From the human T2T-CHM13v2.0 reference genome, Homo sapiens, in NCBI RefSeq assembly GCF_009914755.1, contig NC_060934.1: a DNA stretch of 64,000 nucleotides, one strand, 5' to 3'. The notes beneath the pieces are model-generated. The model was not told the origin of the DNA, ran no database searches, and saw only the letters and a program-made list of their open reading frames with translations. Below, in pieces: positions 1 through 12,772 of this stretch; the first letter of the stretch is position 1, and each line of letters begins with the position of its first letter. A program made the position numbers and the translations under genes.

Positions 1-751
1 CACCTTTACTAATTCAGAAATACAGATTTCATAAGTACAGTCAATAACCCCAGAGAAAAATTCAGATTCTATATTGCCATATATATTGCCAGTAGTCTGT
101 GTCGAATTTTTAAGGATTGAAAAATGACATGTGGGGTTGCCCTATATGGGGAGTTCATAGTAAAATCCTCTAGAAAGCATCTCTAAACTGGGCCAACACT
201 GATGATCGTAATAGCCATATGCACATGTAATAGAAATTAAAGAGTTTTTGAATATAAATGCCTGGCACTCAGAAAGCAACTAACAAATGTCTGTTGAATT
301 AAATTACATTGAACAAGGCAGTAGGGAGGTCTTGCCACCAGATTTAACAGAAACCAGGAAACAGACACTCCATTTAAGCCTTCTAATCCCATAAAGCAGG
401 GGTGACAAATACCACTTTCATATTCCATGCCCAGGGCAGACATGACTAATCCATCCCAGCACTCATAGCTCCCAACCTTATATTCATTTGTATGTGTGTC
501 TCTCCCATTAGGCCATAGGCCCTTAGAGAGAGCTGACTGAGTTCTCTTTCTTCTTTACCTCTGGCAAGCTTCACAAAGAATGCAAATGCTTACTAGATGG
601 ATAAGCTCAGAGGAGTTTAAGAGGTTGCCCAAGGCCACCCAGGAAGTAAGTCTGATCTGCGGCTACACTTCCTTCTCCGGCGGGGAGAACTGGAGTGTAC
701 TGGTGTCATGGAATAATATTGTGAGGTACTGATGGAAGCCTTGTGAAAAGC

Positions 752-1132
752 ATAAACTGAAGCATAATTTACATGTGGTAAATGCAGAGCTTTTAACTGT
801 ACAGTTGTATGAATCTTGACATATGAATATACCCACATAACCACCCGCGAGTCAAGATACCTTTCATTCTAGAAAGTTCTTTTGTGCTCCTTTCCAGTCA
901 ATTCCTCTCCAGAGACAACCTGTTCTAAAACTTCATAACATTGAATCCTAAAGTGTGTACTCTTTTGTGTCTGGCTTCCACTCATCATAACGTTTTGGAA
1001 GTTCATCTGTGTTGTGGGTCCATTCGTAGTTTCTTCCTTTAAACTGCTGAGTGCTATGTTATTGTGTGAATACATCACACGTTGCTTGTTGCTTATACAT
1101 TCACCCAGGGGCATATGTGTTACTTCCAGTTT
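752..1132 (-). mobile_element. Old L1 (L1ME/L1MC-like) 3' end fragment
   Basis: Typical antisense L1M 3'UTR text (agcataatttacatgtggtaaatgcagagcttttaactgtacag...tcttttgtgtctggcttc...tacttccagttt). Confidence 0.7.
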
Positions 1133-1673
1133 AGTCTGAAATGGCTCCCAGTGGTCCACTCCTGCAGATGTTTGTATCCTTGTGTAATCTCCTCCCTTTG
1201 TGTGTGCCACACCCACTGCCTTGCTTCTAACAAGGAGAATACTGGAGAAAGGGATGAGATGTCAGCTCTGAGATTAGGTGTTGTAGGGCTGTGACTTCTG
1301 CTCTCTCACTTATTTTTACTTTCCCACTCACCCATTGTGATGAAAACAGCCACGGTATTGTAAGCCAGAGTTGCGTGTGGCAGGGAACTGAGGAAGACAC
1401 ATAACCAGCAGCCAGGGAAGAACTGAGGCCCTCAGACTGACAGCCTGCGAGGAACGGAGCACTGTTGTAGCCACATGAGTGAGTTTAGAAGCAGATCCCT
1501 TTCCAGTGGAGCTTTGAGATGACGGCTTCCCTGACCAGCATGGTAATTGCAGCCTTGTGAGAAACCCTGAGCAAGAGGACCCAGCTAAGCAGAAACTGTG
1601 AGACAATACATATGGTTGTTCAAGGGACTAAGTTTTGGAGAAATTTGTTATGCAGCAGTGGATAACTAATACA
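1133..1673 (+). mobile_element. MaLR solo LTR (MLT1E/F-like)
   Basis: Begins ...aatggctcccagtg, contains gagaaaccctgagcaagaggacccagctaagc, ends aagttttggagaaatttgttatgcagcagtggataactaataca (MLT1 terminus). Confidence 0.8.
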
Positions 1674-1689
1674 GGGTTATTTAAATAAT

Positions 1690-2646
1690 ACTGTGGAAAT
1701 TCTTGAACAGATGTTTTTATGGGCATTTGTTACATATGTTTAATAAATATCTTATAATCCCTTTTAACTCCATCGTTATCACCACCCACCTGATCCATTC
1801 AAACTGAGCTATGAGGCACTCATTGCCCTGGGGGAGGGTTGTCAGAGTGGCACAAAGGCATTGCATTTTGTACTTTGAGTTTTTGTGAGTTTACAAAGCT
1901 GAGGTCAGGGAGAGTAAGAAGATCCAAGAGACTAGCTTGTCTCATCTAGAAGAGGTACTAATTCCCTGGGTTAGGTAAAGATGGTGAGCATGAGGGGAGA
2001 AGCTAGAGCCTGTTGGGACTCCAATAAGTGTCCTTGTCCTCTGCTGCTCTTCCCCTGTGGAGCTTCAGTGATAGAACCTCTGGATACACTTGGAGATCTG
2101 GAACAGAGGGGACTCATTCCTCCCATCCATCCATTCCTTGCTGGGTCCTAGGAGAGCTCTGGGTCCCAGATTATCCCTGTGCTTGGGTGGGTACCATGGG
2201 CAGTGGCAACCATGGTGGTGAGGCCTGTTGAGTCACAGAAGGCTTGAGACAGCTCCAGTGAATTTTCCACAGCCCCAGGGAGAACAATTATAGTGACCAA
2301 CATTTACCTTTGCTGGAGACTTCCTGAATGGGAGCAGGGGCAGATACTGTTGACCAGGGACCTACAGGACTGAGACTGCATAGAAGATGCTGAAGAAGAC
2401 AGATGATTGCCAAGAGTTAGATCCCCCTCCCTACCATCCCTGGAACTTGGATGCAACCCTGAAGGAGATAGGATAAAAAAATGCTGAAGTCAATGAACTC
2501 ACCTACATTTAGTAAGATTAGTTTCCTTCTGTCGCTTTTGCCTGAGGAGCTTGACAGAAATTAAACTGAATTTCATACAATTAAAGAAAATGACTTTTTC
2601 TTTTACATTTGAGTTTTTGTGGCACATGGGTGTCGTATCTGCTACC
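1690..2646 (+). mobile_element. Possible ancient Gypsy-like LTR (MamGypLTR-like)
   Basis: 3' end ttaaagaaaatgactttttcttttacatttgagtttttgtggc...gtatctgctac resembles recalled MamGypLTR termini; heavily diverged. Confidence 0.4.
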
Positions 2647-2708
2647 CTGGCACTGTTCAAGCTTATAGCAGCATTGCTGAAATCAACGTGGTAGGAGAAG
2701 GCACTAGA

Positions 2709-3105
<397 letters not shown>

Positions 3106-3544
3106 TTATCAGCAACTACTTCTTGGTGCAGCCACTGGAGATTCCCAAGTCGTCATCCTCACTGAGAGGCATAGCAAAATATCTTTCGTTTGGAGTACCT
3201 TGTATGCCCTTACAATCTGTCAGTATGTCAAGGAGACCTGCATTATAGGGCTAGACATAGTTCCTTTATTCAATGAGGCCCCTGATCTCAACATTCACAG
3301 AAAATGGGTCTGGGATGTGGTCTCAGGATCTCAGATCACTTCAATGTGCAAGATGCCAATAAAAAAAAATTAAAATGTAGAACCCCCAGTGTATCCCAAT
3401 AGAATGAAAAGTACCAATGCTTTGAAATCACACAAATTTGGCTTTTAATAACTGTGTGGAAGATCCTTAAGTTTTATTTTCCCTCTGATATAGATATAAT
3501 CCTTCAAATGGACTTGGCATGAGATTAAAATAAGAAGAAAGAAA

Positions 3545-3716
3545 GATTAATGGTTAAAAACACAGGCTCTGGAATCAACATCTGGGAGTATATACTCTGC
3601 CTACCACATATGTGTTTCTTTGGGCAAATGACTCAACCTCTGTCTTCTATTTCCTTTGAAAAGGGACATTAATAATATCTATCTTATAGGATTGTATTGG
3701 GGTTTGGAGATGTATG
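3545..3716 (+). mobile_element. MIR
   Basis: tggttaaaaacacaggctctggaatca...tgggcaaatgactcaacctctgt MIR core. Confidence 0.75.
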
Positions 3717-4188
3717 AACACATCAAATCTTTGTTCCTTGATGAAGTTTGACACTAATTGAGAAAAGGACACAGGAGTCAGGTAGATGGAGATGAAAACA
3801 CCACCTTTAGGACTTTCATAAGCGAGGCTGGAGGATGTGCTTGGGTTCATGGCAAGCCAGCAACGGTGAGCTGTGGAACGCCGAAACCATATGGAGACAG
3901 ACTATCTTCTCAGACAAGGCAAGTGGAGATTCAAAGCACACTGCCACTTAGTGGTCCCAGAAGGAGCAGAGCCTGCTGCAGTTAAACTTAAGGAGTAGAA
4001 GGACAGAGCTGAATGGAGACTCTCTGCAAGCAGGTCCATCCCAAAGAGAAGCAGAGAAAGGGACAATGCCACATATACTCTGTTCCTCTCCCCAAATCCT
4101 TCATCAATTAAGCCATTCTTCCTGTCTTGGAGGGTACAAGGAGGGGAGGAGGGCCAAGAGTGGTGTGTCAAACCAAGGGCTTTCCCCC

Positions 4189-4549
4189 TGTATTAGACTG
4201 TTTTCACACTGCTGATAAAGACATACCCGAGACTGGGTAATTTATAAAGAAAAAGACGTTTAATGGACTCACAGTTCCATGTGGCTAGGGAGGCCCCACA
4301 ATCATGGTGGAAGGTGAAAGGCACGTCTTACATGGTGGCAGACAAGAGAGAATGAGAGCCAAGTGAAAGGGGTTTCCCCTTATAAAGCCACCAGATCTCA
4401 TGAGACTTATTCAGTACCACAAGAACAGTATGGGGGAACTGCCCCCATGTTTCAATTATCCACCGCCTGGTTCCTCCCACAACATGTGGGAATTATGGGA
4501 GCTACAGTTCAAGATGAGATTTGGGTGGGGACACAGCCAAACCATATTA
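4189..4549 (-). mobile_element. THE1 (THE1B-like) solo LTR
   Basis: tgtattagactgttttcacactgctgataaagacatacccgagactggg...gagatttgggtggggacacagccaaaccatatta; 5-bp TSD ccccc at 4184-4188 and 4550-4554. Confidence 0.95.
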
Positions 4550-5277
4550 CCCCCAAAACACAAGGCAGAAATTATGGTTTCCCTAATAGACCATGGACAT
4601 TAAATCAAATGCTCACCTGAGAGGAGTTTAGCATGGTACAGAGTGCTTGGCAGATACACTGCAAATCTTAGCTCCCTGCCTGAACATTCATACTTTAGAA
4701 TTCTTACAAAAGGATTCAAAAAATACTACTACTCAGAAATAAATTAAGAACTTGATATATTGCTGGGTCCACCAGTGTCTCATCTGTTTTTCTTTCTGCA
4801 CTTCGTCATCTAGAAGAAAAGGGAAAGCACATTTTTTGAGGAGCTGGACTCCCAGTGGGCTTGAGGACTCTCTGCAGCATGTCAAGCAGATATTGACTTT
4901 TGAGCCGCACTAGTGTAGCACGATCAATGTACACCGTTCCTGGCCCCTGGCTTTTTCCCTTGCAGAGCTGGCTCAGCTGTTAGCCACGGGGCTTCGCAGG
5001 GCACCAAGTCATACTATTCTCCACTGCACAACAATGTCAGTGCCATTGCCGACAGCACGGAGAGCTGTACTAACAGAGCAGAGAGAAGCCCCATGGGGGT
5101 CAAGGAGGGCCACAGCTTCTTCTCCAGCTGGGCCTTTGCCAAGAGCCTCTTCTGGGCTCCTTTTCTTCTGTGGATCGTACTTCTCACTGGCATCCTGCAG
5201 CCACCCCTACTTGTGTTCAAGTCTGGAGAAATAGCAGGGAAGGTGATGCCCTGAGACATCTGCCTCTGAGGAGCCTC

Positions 5278-5461
5278 GTGTGTGTGTGTGTGTGTGTGTG
5301 TGCATACGTGTGTGTGCATGTGTGCCCATGTGTGTGCATACCCCTGTGTGCATGTGTGCATACGTGTGTGTGCATGTGTGCCCATGTGTGTGCACACGTG
5401 TGCCCATGTGTGTGTCTGTGTGCCTGCGTGTGTGCCCATGTGTGTGCATGTGTGCCTGTGC
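5278..5461. repeat. Compound (TG)n/(CATG)-type purine-pyrimidine repeat
   Basis: About 180 bp mostly alternating; an identical 42-bp block occurs at 5297-5338 and 5353-5394. Confidence 0.95.
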
Positions 5462-5529
5462 ACTCCTGTGTTAACTTGCTGCTGGCTGCCTGACTGGGTC
5501 CCTTTCTAATCTATCAAGGCCAACAGCAC

Positions 5530-5980
5530 AGTAGGGAAGAACAACAGGAGCTCAGGAGCCAGATCGTCAAAAGTCAAACTTAATCGCTTACTCTCCTTAT
5601 AGCCTGGAACAAGTGACTCCTTAAGCCTCAATTTCCTCATCTATAAAATAGGAATGATAGCACCTGTCTCTGCAGTGTCTATAATACATAGAGAGCATTT
5701 TAGAGGGTGAGGAGGAGGGAGAGGATCAGGAATAATAACTAATTGGTACTAAGCTTAATACCTGGGTGATGAAATAATCTGTAGCACAAACCCCCATGAC
5801 ACAAGTTGACCTATGTGACAAACCTGCACTTGTACCCCTGAACTTAAAATAAAAGTTTAAAAAGGAAAGTAAAAAATAAGTATGCATTAAATATGCTGTT
5901 GGGTTTTAAAAAATTAGTCTCCTGTCTCAAAAAAAAAATTTAATACTTGGCACACGGTACCAATCAATAAAGTTTAGCTT
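5530..5980 (+). mobile_element. MIR interrupted by an L1 fragment
   Basis: MIR core gcctcaatttcctcatctataaaatagg before 5690; MIR tail ttggcacacggtaccaatcaataaagtttagct after 5943. Confidence 0.65.
5700..5865 (+). mobile_element. L1PA (old primate, L1PA13-16-like) 3' terminal fragment
   Basis: gcttaatacctgggtgatgaaataatctg...aacctgcacttgtacccctgaacttaaaataaaag. Confidence 0.9.
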
Positions 5981-7041
5981 TCTTGTTGTACCATTAATAT
6001 TGTCATTTCATAATGAATTTGAAATATTTTACAAAAAGTATGCACAGGAAATCATGTATTTGAACAAAAATCACCATTGAAAGAGAAATGGGAATAAGAA
6101 TAAGACATGTGTATTATGGCAGGTACAGTTTAGCACAGAGAGGGTAGCTGTGGTGGGAGGAAGCAAAGAAATAGGGTTTTAAAAAGCAGAGTATAAGATT
6201 ATATATAGTTGTCATAATAAGTTGTCAGTTTGGTTCTGAGCTTCCTGGCAGCCAAATCAAAAAGAGAAACCACTCAGATCATGAGAGATATAACCTTAAC
6301 CAAAATTTAAAAAATTAAAAAGATCTAGCTCATATACTTTATTTCCTGAAGGATCAGATCACAAAGTTAACAGCATAGGATTCTGGATGGATCAACATTG
6401 CCTTTTGGCTTTGTTATGTGTGTGTGTGTGTGGGGGGGGTGGCAATAAATAGCTGTTTGCTCAACTAAATTTGTTCATAAATCATCAGGGTATTACCTAT
6501 TATTCTGAAAGTCATTTCATTTTGATTAAGTTATATGCTTCACATTTAAAGGTTACAAGTTCCTATGTCCTGTAGCCTGTTTTGCTTCTGATCTTGAAAC
6601 AGTTTGTAAAGGGAAGTTACTCTCCTTGGCTTTGAAAGTGAAGCTCTCCAGATAAGTGCATTCATCCTACTCTCACTGAAGGTGAGAGACCTCCCAAAGT
6701 CATTTATGGCAGTACTGGCCCCTTCTGTTCAGCCCCAAGTTAGTCCTATGAGGTTTGTGCCTCCCCTTGCCTTCTGAACTTGGGTCTGTTTCCCATGAGC
6801 AGCTCTTGGGTTCTCTCAAGTCAGCACTGGTGCTTGGCCTCCCTGTCTCCACTCATGGCTCCTCCTTCAGGGCTTGGATTGGAGTGATCCTGGTTCTGCC
6901 ATGGTCAGTCTCAGAATGGGAATTCTCAGCCCTGCATTGGGATGCCACCCTCTGAGTCATCGAGGGCAAAGGCACTGAGCCAAATGGAAAATAAGATGTC
7001 AGAAATCCATACTGATCCTGGGAGTAACTCTAGGAAGAGAG

Positions 7042-7438
7042 TTGTGGTGGACGCCTTCTCACAGTGGCTCTGAATGCTCCCGTTTCCACTGTGTATCTGT
7101 AGCAATCATAACCAAGCACTGGTTATTTGCAGCTCACAGATTGCAAGGGTTACCATGGTTCTGATAACAGGCCTGCCCTTGCTCCAGTTGAGTTGAGTGC
7201 ATGTGTGATCAGAAGCTGTTTGTGCCCTAGAATTCATTACCATGTTTGCACTGAAGCCAGGCCCACCGTTGGCTGCTCTTAGCCAATGAGACACAACAGG
7301 GATGCTAAGGCCAGTGTGCTCGTGGGGAATGCAGGACTTCTCTGATGGGTAATTTTGGCTGGAGGACTCCCCAGTGGCCTTGCCAAACTTTCCTTAAGCT
7401 ACAAAGCAATCCAGGATGCTACTGCCCAAACTTCGTTC
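7042..7438 (+). mobile_element. ERVL LTR16-family LTR (partial)
   Basis: ttttggctggaggactccccagtggccttgccaaactttccttaag, similar to the LTR16C-like copy at 25.8-26.2 kb. Confidence 0.7.
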
Positions 7439-7439
7439 A

Positions 7440-7709
7440 GCTGGAACACCTACATGTGGCCTCTCCAAGTGGCCCGGGCTTCCATACAGCATAGTAGGCT
7501 CCCACAATAAACATCTTGAGAGAGAACCAGGCAGACACTGTATCCGCTGATATGACCTAGTCTTGGAAGCCACACAGCATCACTCCACACATACTATTCA
7601 TTGCAAGCAAGTCACTAGAGCCTGCCCATATTCAGGGGGAGGAGAACTAGACTCTACTTCCTCATGGGGGATGTCTCCAAGAATGTGTGGACATGTTTGA
7701 ACTCACACA
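7440..7709 (-). mobile_element. MLT1 (H-K-like) LTR fragment
   Basis: tatgacctagtcttggaagccacacagcatcact...caagtcactagagcctgcccatattcagggggaggagaactagactctac. Confidence 0.7.
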
Positions 7710-9244
7710 GGGAGTGTCGTTTGCGTTTTTCAGAAGTCTTCTGGTTCAAACTTGTGGGGTGGGGATGGGCTTTCTTAGGTTCAATATTCGTATGCGGAGA
7801 TTCTTTTATAAGGGGTGTGGAGGTACAATGAAATCTGAGTAGCTTCGAGGTCGTCACAGATTGTCTTGTTACTAGCTTGCTTGTCTCTTGCATGCTGTTA
7901 ACGGGTTAGTTTTCCTGACACTCAGAACAACAGCCACACGGTTAGTTGGTGGAAGACGTAGGACTTGAACAATCGTCCCCTCACTCTCATTCTGGGTCTC
8001 TTTCCATAGCACTGGGATGAACTGAATTCTATGCTTCTCCCATCATTTCAGCTTTCCAGAAAACCCGACTAATGAGAAAACCAGGGACCAGATGCCTGCC
8101 TGCTCTAGGCATTGAGACTGATCATGTCAAATGCCACTGAATTTTCCTCTTCACTGTTAAACCTGGAAGTTTCTTACTGCCAACCATGTATGTATGTATT
8201 TAAAAAAACTCACAGCTGGTCCTTTGTTGCTGTCTGTTTTCATTGTGCCTTTCTTCTCCTCCAAGTCGCACATGAAGATGTTTTTCAAAAAAGCAAGTTA
8301 AGAAAGTGAAATTAAATCACTGACATCTGCCACTCAATCTCACTCAACGGCCTTGTTCCCTGCATTCTTGTGGGCAGAATTTAGGACTTTGTTATTATTA
8401 GTTCTTACTATTTCTCCTTTTGGGAGGATGGGCGGGAGGCCAGTAACGAAAAGGAATATAGACAACTCAGTGATTCCGGTACAAGTTTCACTTCCTGAGA
8501 GTGGTGGTAACTATTTTGATTTTTTACTTGGTGAAATAAAAACAAGGGAATTACTAAAGCGAAACACATTGATGAAATAAAGACTCTGTATTACTTTATA
8601 AAAGTAAAGGAAAACTCTGAGGACAGAATTCTTTATCAATAAAATGAAACAGAGTTAACAGTTATATTTTTACACCTTCTCTTAAAAGACAACATCTTGA
8701 CAAACCGGGTGTGAAATAACATTTAATTTCACAACCGGGGGCACTTGAATTCCATTTTTGTGGCAGTGCTATTGTTAGACAATCAAAGGCCGAGTCTTGG
8801 AACATGTGTGGATGTCATTCCAGGGTAAGAGAAGAGAAAATTGTTATTGTTTTTTAGTTAAGAAAATAACTTACATTATGTAAATTATGCTAAGTAGGCA
8901 ACTTACACTAAGTAGGCAACAACTGCTACACACAAGCTAATAGCACATCTCCGGAAAAGCTGGTGATTAGGATTTGGGAGGCTTATACTGTTTTCAGTAT
9001 GGATACCAGGCTGGTGCTGAGCTATCTGTTGTCTGGGATACGTATTCCTTTTCACCATTAGAATTTTCGTATGCTATTGCGTATGTGGTTGCATCTGTAC
9101 AAGGAAGGTCACTACCGTTCTTTCACTGGGTTCTCGGAGTCGTCCTGTGATATTCTAGATCAAGTTCTTGCTAATTCAAGCCCACGTTTCCGGTCACACC
9201 AGTGTTCTGGTGCCTCCACACTGTTCCTCTGGGCTGAGATCTCA

Positions 9245-9545
9245 GGTATCAGGAGATGCTGTTTAAAAATACAAAGCAGAACCTGGGGGAGGGGGGGCGT
9301 TTAGTATGTCTCTTTTCTCCAAGCTCCACAGGTGGTTCTGGGCCACTCTCTAGGTTAAGAACTCTGAGTGGACATTGGTGGAAAGATGATGAAAGAAATA
9401 GACTTGGAGAGTCTCAGCATCTTCAGAGGTCATGAAGTCCATTCCCCTCATTTTCCTCCAGAGAGGTTGAGTGAGTTTCCATGGGAAACACAGCAGATAG
9501 GTGGCAGATCTGAGGCCAGAACCCAGGTTCACAGGCCTCTGGACC
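9245..9545. mobile_element. MER5-like fragment followed by MIR/MIR3 fragment
   Basis: aagctccacaggtggttctg...ggttaagaactctg, then gagaggttgagtgagtttcc...cacagcagataggtggcagatctgaggccagaacccagg. Confidence 0.55.
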
Positions 9546-10229
9546 TGGCCTCATCCCTGTGCCAGGTCTGTGTTTGTAGCTAGAATCTTGTTGGGCCAGT
9601 TCTGTTGTGCTGAGGCCTGGGGTGGGAAGGAAGGCTGGGCTACCCTAGGCTTGTAGGCAGAAAGTGGGAGAAGAAACACGAAGAAATGAAAGAAACCAGA
9701 GAATCCCACTGTCTCACACAGTTTCTTATCCCCAGGATGAGTTAGAAACAGCAAGTTACTGACACTCAAGTCAGAACCGAAAAGTTGTGGCGATTGCTTG
9801 GAGATTCTGTCTCGAGATTTATTATTCTGTAAGATGGTGAGCGGCTGCCTGGGCTGCTGGTCTGAGCCCTGGGCTCATGGAAACGCCTAAGGAAGAGGGA
9901 AGCTTTTAGAGTAAAGCCTTGTCTTTGGAAAACATAAAAATGAGCAGCCGACCACCCTGGGGGCCTCGGTTTGCTTCCCTTCTCATGAAAGGTTGTCCTT
10001 TCTCGCTGTGTACGACAGCAGATCGGCCTTTCCAGCCAGTTCCATGTGCTTTGTTTTAAAGGTTTAAAAACAGAATTATAAGGCCTTGTAAAGCTGTGAT
10101 GAGACATGGCTCTACCTTGTACATTCACATCGTGTAAAAGAAAGGGAGGCTGTGTTGAGTTGTGTCTGAACGTACAAAGTAACTGCCTAAAATGAGCTTT
10201 AAATGCCCCGTGGATGAAGCTCACACTCT

Positions 10230-10475
10230 GACGCATGACATTCAAGGCTTGTTTTGGGAAACCTCTGCAGACTCTCAGCCACAGCTTCCTCCACAGCCTC
10301 TGTTCTGATGTGCCCAGCTTGGCTGACTTCCTCATGTCATATGGCCTTCACTTGCCTGGAGGTCCCCCTGCTAGGATGCCTGCCTCCTGCGCACTTCAGT
10401 GGCTTAACTCCTATCTATTCTTCAGGACTCAATTTAGGGCCATCTCCCCTAGAAGGCTTCTCTGACAATGCCCTT
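10230..10475 (+). mobile_element. L2 fragment
   Basis: aactcctatctattcttcaggactcaatttagggccatctcccctagaaggcttctctgac (L2 3' region). Confidence 0.65.
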
Positions 10476-11195
10476 CCTCCATCTAGGGATGAAAAGGACA
10501 AGGGGGAATCCAGAAATTCCCAGACTTGTAAGGTTAAAGGATGTATCTCTAGCCAGTAAAACATTTTCAGATGAAGACACAGCCCTAGAACAAACACCGA
10601 AAGAAGAGCTTGGTCATCATCCATTGGTTGTGAACTCTGATTAGTTCCAACTTTCCCCCTTTAAATCCTTGCATTTGCACAATTATTTCAAGTTAAAGAA
10701 TCCTAAGGTGGACCTGCCAAGGCGCAATAAGTTCAAAGCACCTGTAATTAAATCTATAGAAAGAGGGGTCTGGGAAAAAAAAATGTGTGGGTGTTGCTAT
10801 TGGCCCATGGAGCTTCCTGAAGTCAAACTGATTAAAAAACAGTAACAAAAACCAAAGTTTCTGAGAGCTCTGTATTGCACAAAGTGCTGCCAGCCTGGAA
10901 TAAAAGACGCTGATTATTTCAAGACAAAAAACAACCTTTGGGCCTCCAGTTTTTATGGGCTTGAAGAAGCTGAGAAAGCTGCCCAGCCACCAAGACAGGC
11001 ATATTCTCCAGTGTAAGATTATGGGAAAGGAAGGGCTTCCCAGCGTGTAATCAACCATCAGGAGCCAGGGAGAACCATGATGGGGGAACTACTCCTGGCA
11101 AGCATAATACAGGTGCAGTCACGAAGCATTCCTGACCCTCAGTGTGGGGCCTCTCAATGATTGCTGACAGTGATTTCAGAATTGCAGCGAACTAC

Positions 11196-11603
11196 TGTAT
11201 TAGGGTACTCCAAAGAAACAGAACCAACAGGATACGTTTGTTTGTTTGTTTGTTTACAGGAACTAGCTTACAAGATTGCAGAGTTGGCAAATCTAACGTT
11301 GGGCAGGGTAGGCTGTCTGGCTGAAGACCCAGGGAAGAGCTGCGTTTCAAGTCCAAAGGCAGCCTGCTGGCCGCATTTCTTCCTGGCTTGGGTAAAGTCA
11401 GTATGTGTGCAAGTAAGGCTTTAACCTGATTAGATGAGGCCCACCCATATTATGAAAGATAATCTACTTTGCCCAAAGGACACCAATTTAAATATTAATC
11501 TCTCCCAAAAAATACCTTCACAGAAATGTCCAGAATAGTGTTTGGCCAAACAGATCTAGGCACTGTGCCCCAGCCACACTGATGCATCAAATAAACCATC
11601 ACA
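11196..11603 (-). mobile_element. MLT2 (C/D-like) ERVL solo LTR
   Basis: tgtattagggtactccaaagaaacagaaccaacagg...gattagatgaggcccacccatattatg...aaataaaccatcaca. Confidence 0.9.
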
Positions 11604-11893
11604 GCCACTGAGCACTGCATGTCTCCCATTGTTCCCTTTCTGACTGGAGGTGTTTGTTGCAGCTATTTTGTCCTTGAATTGTGTGTGGGTGGGGAGGGAG
11701 TGTTAATAACTTGTCTTTAGTTCATAGGTCTCCAAAATAAGAGGAGTCACATCCAAATTTGGTATATCATGGGATTCTTGGCTTTAAGCCTGATGCTGTG
11801 ATTGGATGAGACTTTTGGAGTGTTTTTGAAAGGGGAGGTAAACATCATTTTTTGGTAGGAGGAAGGTCAATATTTGTGACCAAGAGGGCAGAC
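11604..11893 (+). mobile_element. MaLR internal (MLT1-int) 3' segment
   Basis: taacttgtctttagttcataggtc...gctttaagcctgatgctgtgattggatgagacttttgg ending in purine tract aagagggcagac directly before an MLT1 LTR. Confidence 0.65.
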
Positions 11894-12303
11894 TGGTAGA
11901 TCAGATGATGGTACCCAACTTTATTCACTCTCTCCCACTCTTTACATTGTACATTTCTGTCTCATTGTCCTTGGTCTTGGCCACTGGACTTGTTTTGGCC
12001 AATGAATGTGAGCAGAAGTGACTGTGCATTAGTTCTATGCAGAGCCTTTTGAAGGCATCACACGTTTCCACTTGTCTTCTCCAGCATTTGCTCTTTTCTA
12101 TGAGGATATGAGGCTTCTTCAGCCTAGGAAGGAGAAGAGAAATGAGAGGACACAAGTTGCTGAGCCAAGCTAATCTCAGCAAAGCCCAGCTGAAAGCCAC
12201 AGCTAATCAACAGCCCTCACTGTTCCTGAGCAAGAAATAAATGTCATTGAAATCATGGAGATAGTGGGGATGTTTGTTACTATACCAAAATCTGTCACAT
12301 ACA
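11894..12303 (+). mobile_element. MLT1 (G-I-like) 3' LTR
   Basis: ggacttgttttggccaatgaatgtgagcagaagtgactgtg...gagcaagaaataaatg...gggatgtttgttac...cataca. Confidence 0.75.
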
Positions 12304-12388
12304 ATCAACATAGCCTTCTAATCCAAATAATCCAGGGCAGGTGAACAAATGCCTCCTTTCCAAATGGGAAGGTTTTAAATTAGAATTA

Positions 12389-12772
<384 letters not shown>

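Noticed and set aside
4951-4965. Strong-looking splice acceptor ctttttcccttgcag
   Set aside because: No convincing downstream donor or reading frame; such motifs are common and need RNA evidence
5014-5509. Overlapping His/Thr- and Cys/Val-rich ORFs that look metal-binding
   Set aside because: Translations of the TG/CA repeat, which lacks stop codons
9766-10335. Longest ORF (189 aa, minus strand)
   Set aside because: No recognisable domain, starts inside an L2 fragment, and this length is attainable by chance in 64 kb
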